64,000 nt of DNA from a virus. Within the stretch, counting starts at the first letter, position 1, and the number at the start of each line of letters is the position of its first letter. A program made the translations under genes and the position numbers. Of this stretch, positions 58,172 through 64,000 are shown piece by piece. Location: positions 1 through 64,000 of the IMG/VR virus record IMGVR_UViG_3300031857_000028. One strand, 5' to 3'. The notes below the pieces were generated by a model. It did no database searches. It was given only the letters and a program-made list of their open reading frames with translations, and was not told where the DNA came from.

Positions 58172-61100
58172 TTAATTTTCTCCGTATGCGGTTGCAATCC
58201 AATACGTAGTACCAGCTAACCCAGTGTTACTATTTGCATTAATTACGAAACTTCCCGCAAGTTTACTTTCAATCGTCCATGACCGTGCATCTTCTCCAGT
58301 AACCGTGATTGCGTAATTTGTATTCGGAAACGCCGTGGTAAACGTCACCGTTGCTTTTCGTGGGTTGCCGGCAAACGAGGTATTTGTCACATTTCCTGCT
58401 TTGGAGCGTAAGACATTTGATGCAAATGATGAGGTAGTAGCAAATGAACTACTACCTAACAACGAACCGGAGAAAGACCCAGTAAACGACCCCGTACTGA
58501 TTTGTAACGAACTTGATACCGTGCCTACTGGCAAGAATGCAATTACTTGAGCAGAACTACTAACAATATTAGCTGGAATATTTTGGAGTTGCGTGTAACT
58601 AATTTGTGTTGAAGAAGATACCACCCCCTCGGTATTTAATTCCTTTTTCACACCGTCTAGGAAATGAACTGAACTTGTATCCAGTGTAATAGTTCCTGTA
58701 GAGTTGATAGTACCGCCTGTCAATCCATTACCTGCCACTATTGATGTAACTCCACCAATACTCGGAGCCCATGACGCCGATGTGGCAAATGACGAACTTA
58801 CAGAATTACTTGCCCAACTTGCCGTGGCAATTAATGAACCAGTAACGGTTAATCCATTAGTAAAATTACCACTACCCGAGACATCTAATGTGTACTGTGG
58901 AGTGGGAGTTAATATACCTACTTTTGCTTGTGCGGATAAACTGGATGTTACCGTTGTTGGCGAATTAACAAAATCACTGGAGCTGTGGATACCTGTTGCA
59001 AATAATAATCCGCCCAAATTCATGAAATTTGTAGAATTATTGGGTACTGCTATTCCATTTCCAATAACAATAGTATTACTACCCGTTAAAATTGATGACG
59101 TTGGTTGTCCGGCGGAAACTCCAATATTAATTGAAAATGGAGTACTGGCATTTTTCCCCGCCCCATGACCAATATTTGTGGAATAATTTATTGATTTACT
59201 GTTATTGGTGGCATTACCAGTAAACCTTCCAGCGTCACGGCCAATATTTATTGAACCAGCAGATGAACTGACCCCCAATCCTGCAAGGGTGCCAATATTT
59301 ACGGAATATTCCGACAGATCTGTATATGCTCCCGCATATTCACCTATTGCAATTCTTCGTGAACCACTATTACCGAATTCGCCTGCATAATATCCTATAT
59401 TAATTGCATAAGTGGCACGTTGTACATTACTACCGGCGTACTCTCCTATAGAGATAGCATAATCTACATATTTTGAAAATACACCCGGTCGTGAACCGAT
59501 TGATACTGTGTTTCCTGAACCCGTGGTATTTGCGTTTGCCGACAAGCCTATTGCAACCACCTGACCGGCGCCAACGTTTGAGTTGGCACTTGCGAGTGGT
59601 CCAATTATAACGTCACTAAAAAATGTACCTCCCCGAGCTGCAGTCCCTGCACCAATATATACTCCAGAATTGGTACTGTTTGTAAGGGAAGATGAAAATA
59701 ACGAATGTGAACCTATAACAATAATGCCGTTGGGGTTGTTAGTCAACAAGCCTGCCGCATTGGCACCAAGTATTACTGAGCCCGTTGGGATAACGCCCGA
59801 CCTGCTAACTTCAAAAGATACTAATGAACTATTTACTACCTGTAGTGGATATGATGACGATACTGCATTTGTTGTAAATGATGACGATATACTAAAACTT
59901 GATGTAACTGCTCTACTTGAACTTGTAGCAAACGATGCCGATATTGTTAGACTTGATGTTGGCGCAAAGGATGCAGTTGCTGGAGTAAAGGTGATGGAGT
60001 TGGCCGCACTTGCCGTAATTGCATTAACTGCATTAGTTGCCCAACTTGCCGTCCCAAACATCGTACCAACATTTGTAATATCATTTCCACCCAACGACAG
60101 AGTTCCTGCCATTGCACGAGCACCGTTGACCAACAAATATTGTGTGTGGTCATCGGCATCTAATCCTAAGAGATTTCCGTGAACAGATGAAGCATTTACA
60201 CCGGTTGCTCTAAATCCAATTATTGGACGGATATCTTGAATTTGAGTAATATTTGCCGAACCGGATTGTACATACACTGCGGCCAACGGTACCACCCCAT
60301 CATTAAAATACGATGGAATAGATGGTAAGTTTGCATTTTCCGCTTCAACAAGGGTAGAATATTGATTACTATTTAATATCAAGAAATATTTTTCATCAGC
60401 ACCATCACCCACCAAGTAGACTGTATGCTTCGTATAAGCAGATGCGGACATTGCAACTAGGGCACTACTTGATGCATATACATTATTTGGAACGATTGAT
60501 GACGTATATCGTGCCCATGCCGATGCACTTGGATAATATTGCGTAAGATTTATAGAGGATGTTCCTATCGGAGTAAACTCGTTTTCCGAGAAGAAATACG
60601 TTCCTTGTGTAACATCTAATTTAAATGGGGTTACGTTTTGTGTTACTGTTGATCCTGCGGCAAATACTGGTCCCAAGGCTTTTCTATTGAACGTAGAAAG
60701 CTTGTTAGCCATGTGTTCACCGTTATACAACGTTTGGTCAATAAATTCTACCTTTGTATCGTTGGTGACAACTCTTCCAAGAATAATATTCGTTTCATTA
60801 TCTGGAATTGTACCCGCAGATGTTAATGTTCCAGCATCCGTAATGTAAATATAGTTATTGGAATTTGCCGTTAATGTAAGAGTACCATCCACCCAATCCA
60901 ATCTCTTGTATACATCTGTATCTATGGTATCTTGTAAGTATCCGAATCCACTTGCCGCAGTAATACCAAATCCACTTCCAGTAGTAATAGTCCCACCTTG
61001 CATGACACCCATTGGTGAACCCTTAAAGATAAGGGTTGTTGCGTCCGTATGCGTACCATCAGCAAAGGTGACGGATAACTTACGAGTTACGTCATTTTCA

Positions 61101-63499
61101 CCGTCTTCATCGTCTAAGAAGTTCCAGTAAAAGTTTTCACTATTATTATTAATTTTTGTGTGATTGGATACACCTTGATATCGTCCACGAGTTGATGAAT
61201 TTTGAACATCAAAATCATAGGTGCCCGTATCGTGAATCATACCACCAACAATTCTAAATTCTGGTCCATTTCCTCCTGCTGGAATAACTAGTCCATAGTC
61301 AGGATTTTGAATGTCTACTGCGGCGGCTTCTAATACCGCCCCATTTTCCATTCGTATCGCCGTGGAATTTGCTGTACCGTCACCTTGGTACTTTGCCGCA
61401 TATAAACTTAAACTTGCACTTGGTCCCGCTATATAATTACCAATAACAGCACTTGCCGATGGGAACAAGTAGTAGTTTTCCATATTGGCATCAACTACGG
61501 TACCGTTACTTGACGATACATACGTACCGTAACTGAATGTTCCATTCATATCGACATATTCACCGAAGAATGATGTTGCTGCTGTATTACCAATTACTTT
61601 AACACCGTAATCACAATCATAAATGGATATTTTGTGAACCAGTGCAAATCCATCCAAATCAGTTGCATCAAACGCCGCACATCCAACACCGGAACCTCGC
61701 AGTGTCATAAATGATACTTCACTCGTATTACCGAGTTTGAAGATGTTATGATTGCTTCCAGAGGCAATTACTTCTGTGGCTTGAATGTCCGACCCGAATA
61801 TACTGACATATGGTTTATTAGTTAAATCAATTTCACTTTCAGTAAATTGACCAGGACCAACTTCAATGATATATCTATTATTTTCAGATGAGTCGGTGAT
61901 ATATGCTACGGATGCACTGATAGAGGTGAAGTCTCCACCTTTCTTTGCAACGGTAATCTTTCGTGGGTCTTGTCCGACTTCGTATAGTGGAGCATTTAAG
62001 GCAATTTGTGTCTTTAAGAAATTGTCCGTACCTTGTACTTTACCCAACGACCCCGTATGTTCAATTGCTACGTCTGTCGTACAATTTTCAAAGTTTAAGG
62101 CAATTGCGTCAATACTTGGCGCAGAACCAGTCTGTGGTGCCCAAATACCCCGTATCCAACGTTGGAAGTTGACGCCTGTTAGTCGAAGTTGTCCACCATT
62201 ATATACTTTAAACCCCGTTCCTCGTGCCGCACCTGTTGCACGGGTTAACAAACATCCATTAACAATGAACGTACAGCCTGGTGCATCAGCAAGAGCAAAG
62301 ATTTGGTCATTGTCAGTTCCTGCAACACCACCGTTGGTAGACGTAACGTTACGTAATTGCATACGTCCGATACCACCATCGGACCCAGATGTCACGTAGA
62401 AACCAACATCAAATGATTTACTTCCCGAAGTGAACCCACCGTACTTGACGTTGGAACATTGGAGGATACAATTTCCACTACTTCCACTACCCACAACTTT
62501 TGCGTTTGTATAGTTGGTGCCAAATCGAACGTTTTCTACATACGCAATAGCGTTCGTTTGTGGTGTTGTTGGTGAAGAATATACGACAGCGGAGGTATTT
62601 GCAGCAGTAGACCCTTGTATCTGCATGTCAATGACCATTGTTTGGTCAGCCATGACGAAGATGGTATTTGCAGGGTTTGATGCAGAGACAACTGTGGAAA
62701 TAGACGAATCACCCTTAATTGCAATATACGGTTTTAACGTAATCGTATCTTCAATGTACACGCCGGGATATACACGCACCGTGTACGTATTTGCTGCAGA
62801 AGCGTCTGTAATGCTATCAACCGCTGCTTTGATTGATGTATAATTCGTGTTACTACCGGCAAGTCCCACCGTTACATAATTGTCAATAAATGATGGCGGT
62901 GTGTATGACGCAGAAGTTGCAAATGATGCACTTATTACATTACTTGCCCAACTGCTCGTACCAATCAATGTACCTGTGAATGAGCCGCTAAAACTACCAG
63001 TATTTATTTGTAATGACGATGATACCAATCCACTCGGTAATGTTAGCGGGGCAAAGGATGCAGAGGTAGCAAACGATGCCGTAGCAGGAGTAAAGGTAAT
63101 AGAGGTCGCCGCACTTGCCGTGGTAGCAAATGATGCCGTTCCTATCAATGAACCACTGAATGCACTTGCTGACACCACCCCTTGTACTTGCAACGGTGTA
63201 GTTGGTCGAGCCATACCAATACCAACACGACTTCCGGTCACCACCAACGTATTTTGGTTCAATGTTCCCATCACCACTCTATCATCACTAAATACTTCAA
63301 GAATGGGTAATCCTGAAATATCATTGACGCTCATGAGTGAGCCAGAGAGTTGATCAGTAATAGAGAATAATGACCCGCTGTTGCCGTAGAAAGCTACACC
63401 ACCGGACGCTTCTACTTGGAGACGAATCGTATCGTTATTTGCTGACCCACTAAATTGTATACTGGCGGCACCAGGTGTGATAAGAATATTATTTGGCAT
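58172..63499 (-). CDS. Large tail fibre/spike with beta-helix regions
   Basis: Two pectinesterase-like starts (YTSIKAAV..PGVY, FTSISASV..PGQF), AINIG repeats, TASFA repeats, DDHTQY. Confidence 0.7.
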   Translation of the reverse strand: MPNNILITPGAASIQFSGSANNDTIRLQVEASGGVAFYGNSGSLFSITDQLSGSLMSVNDISGLPILEVFSDDRVVMGTLNQNTLVVTGSRVGIGMARPTTPLQVQGVVSASAFSGSLIGTASFATTASAATSITFTPATASFATSASFAPLTLPSGLVSSSLQINTGSFSGSFTGTLIGTSSWASNVISASFATSASYTPPSFIDNYVTVGLAGSNTNYTSIKAAVDSITDASAANTYTVRVYPGVYIEDTITLKPYIAIKGDSSISTVVSASNPANTIFVMADQTMVIDMQIQGSTAANTSAVVYSSPTTPQTNAIAYVENVRFGTNYTNAKVVGSGSSGNCILQCSNVKYGGFTSGSKSFDVGFYVTSGSDGGIGRMQLRNVTSTNGGVAGTDNDQIFALADAPGCTFIVNGCLLTRATGAARGTGFKVYNGGQLRLTGVNFQRWIRGIWAPQTGSAPSIDAIALNFENCTTDVAIEHTGSLGKVQGTDNFLKTQIALNAPLYEVGQDPRKITVAKKGGDFTSISASVAYITDSSENNRYIIEVGPGQFTESEIDLTNKPYVSIFGSDIQATEVIASGSNHNIFKLGNTSEVSFMTLRGSGVGCAAFDATDLDGFALVHKISIYDCDYGVKVIGNTAATSFFGEYVDMNGTFSYGTYVSSSNGTVVDANMENYYLFPSASAVIGNYIAGPSASLSLYAAKYQGDGTANSTAIRMENGAVLEAAAVDIQNPDYGLVIPAGGNGPEFRIVGGMIHDTGTYDFDVQNSSTRGRYQGVSNHTKINNNSENFYWNFLDDEDGENDVTRKLSVTFADGTHTDATTLIFKGSPMGVMQGGTITTGSGFGITAASGFGYLQDTIDTDVYKRLDWVDGTLTLTANSNNYIYITDAGTLTSAGTIPDNETNIILGRVVTNDTKVEFIDQTLYNGEHMANKLSTFNRKALGPVFAAGSTVTQNVTPFKLDVTQGTYFFSENEFTPIGTSSINLTQYYPSASAWARYTSSIVPNNVYASSSALVAMSASAYTKHTVYLVGDGADEKYFLILNSNQYSTLVEAENANLPSIPSYFNDGVVPLAAVYVQSGSANITQIQDIRPIIGFRATGVNASSVHGNLLGLDADDHTQYLLVNGARAMAGTLSLGGNDITNVGTMFGTASWATNAVNAITASAANSITFTPATASFAPTSSLTISASFATSSSRAVTSSFSISSSFTTNAVSSSYPLQVVNSSLVSFEVSRSGVIPTGSVILGANAAGLLTNNPNGIIVIGSHSLFSSSLTNSTNSGVYIGAGTAARGGTFFSDVIIGPLASANSNVGAGQVVAIGLSANANTTGSGNTVSIGSRPGVFSKYVDYAISIGEYAGSNVQRATYAINIGYYAGEFGNSGSRRIAIGEYAGAYTDLSEYSVNIGTLAGLGVSSSAGSINIGRDAGRFTGNATNNSKSINYSTNIGHGAGKNASTPFSINIGVSAGQPTSSILTGSNTIVIGNGIAVPNNSTNFMNLGGLLFATGIHSSSDFVNSPTTVTSSLSAQAKVGILTPTPQYTLDVSGSGNFTNGLTVTGSLIATASWASNSVSSSFATSASWAPSIGGVTSIVAGNGLTGGTINSTGTITLDTSSVHFLDGVKKELNTEGVVSSSTQISYTQLQNIPANIVSSSAQVIAFLPVGTVSSSLQISTGSFTGSFSGSLLGSSSFATTSSFASNVLRSKAGNVTNTSFAGNPRKATVTFTTAFPNTNYAITVTGEDARSWTIESKLAGSFVINANSNTGLAGTTYWIATAYGEN

Positions 63500-63532
63500 A
63501 GTGTTTCTTAAAAGTTACCTATATAAATAGTT

Positions 63533-64000
63533 TTAAGTATTGAAACGTGACCGTAATGCATTGTAGTTTTGTAGAATTTCTAATGCGGATAATACTCTAT
63601 TGTATATTTTAATACTTGCTATATTGCCTGCAAACGGAAATTGCGTAGTTCCAACATCATATCCAGAACCAATTCGAAGTGATGTGTCGGGTGTAGAAAT
63701 TGTTCCAGCTATACTAGTGGAATGTTTGAATTGTCCATCGTAATATAATTCTATTCTACTTTGTGCAATATCTGTAATTCCAACTATTTGATGCCATGCG
63801 TTGTCACCGTTCGTTATCCCAAGTGATTCTTTCGACCATGTAAAATACGGGGTAGTTCCGTTCGATGTAGCATATATCAATACCATTTGGTCCGTTCCAG
63901 ACGAATTCCATGTTCTTACGACCTGTCTATCATCTAAATAGAATGCAAAGTTTGTTAATGAATCACTATTATTTCTATTTGTCATAATAGCATTAAATGT
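63533..64000 (-). CDS. LamG/concanavalin-A-like domain protein (5' part outside the window)
   Basis: WHQIVG, LYYDG, LRIG, FAGNIASIKIYNRVLS..EILQNYNA; frame open to the window edge. Confidence 0.8.
   Translation of the reverse strand, partial: TFNAIMTNRNNSDSLTNFAFYLDDRQVVRTWNSSGTDQMVLIYATSNGTTPYFTWSKESLGITNGDNAWHQIVGITDIAQSRIELYYDGQFKHSTSIAGTISTPDTSLRIGSGYDVGTTQFPFAGNIASIKIYNRVLSALEILQNYNALRSRFNT

Noticed and set aside
263-63353. Many plus-strand ORFs antisense to long genes (for example 2758, 13420, 24461, 28730, 59583)
   Set aside because: No motifs or RBS; typical antisense shadows of real minus-strand genes
1-64000. Alternative genetic code or diversity-generating retroelement
   Set aside because: Core genes are intact under the standard code with all three stops in use; no reverse transcriptase or TR/VR pair seen

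Overview
64-kb segment of a large, AT-rich T4-like (myovirus-type) dsDNA phage genome, almost all on the minus strand. In window order: (i) an envelope lipoprotein / Ig-like (Big_2) cluster; (ii) a replication and nucleotide module (Cas4-like nuclease, dCMP deaminase, clamp loader subunits, ClpP, sliding clamp, ligase, PolB, dUTPase, two thioredoxins, class II RNR, gp41-like helicase, 5'-3' exonuclease, RecA, gp32-like SSB, a minimal PolA-like protein), interrupted by a DNA-modification cassette (amino-MTase, two TAGT/GREB1-like glycosyltransferases, nearby Mom-like gene) and a full-length TonB-dependent receptor; (iii) baseplate, tape measure and tail chaperone genes; (iv) a SNF2 helicase; (v) five glycosyltransferase-like genes led by a GT60 enzyme, directly downstream of a Pro/Thr mucin-like protein with cystine-knot repeats; (vi) tail-fibre-like genes. 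The best candidate for a new system is phage-encoded mucin-type protein O-glycosylation. Other signals: a lipoprotein with 14 D-T-V/L sequons, a kissing-loop leader RNA, a tRNA-like RNA with a non-canonical anticodon arm, a probable T7 frameshift before the tape measure gene, a TA(T/C)TTAT(A) promoter-like motif and strong GATC avoidance. The host is inferred, not shown, to be FCB group (Gemmatimonadota-like). All family calls come from motif recognition by eye; no database searches were run.
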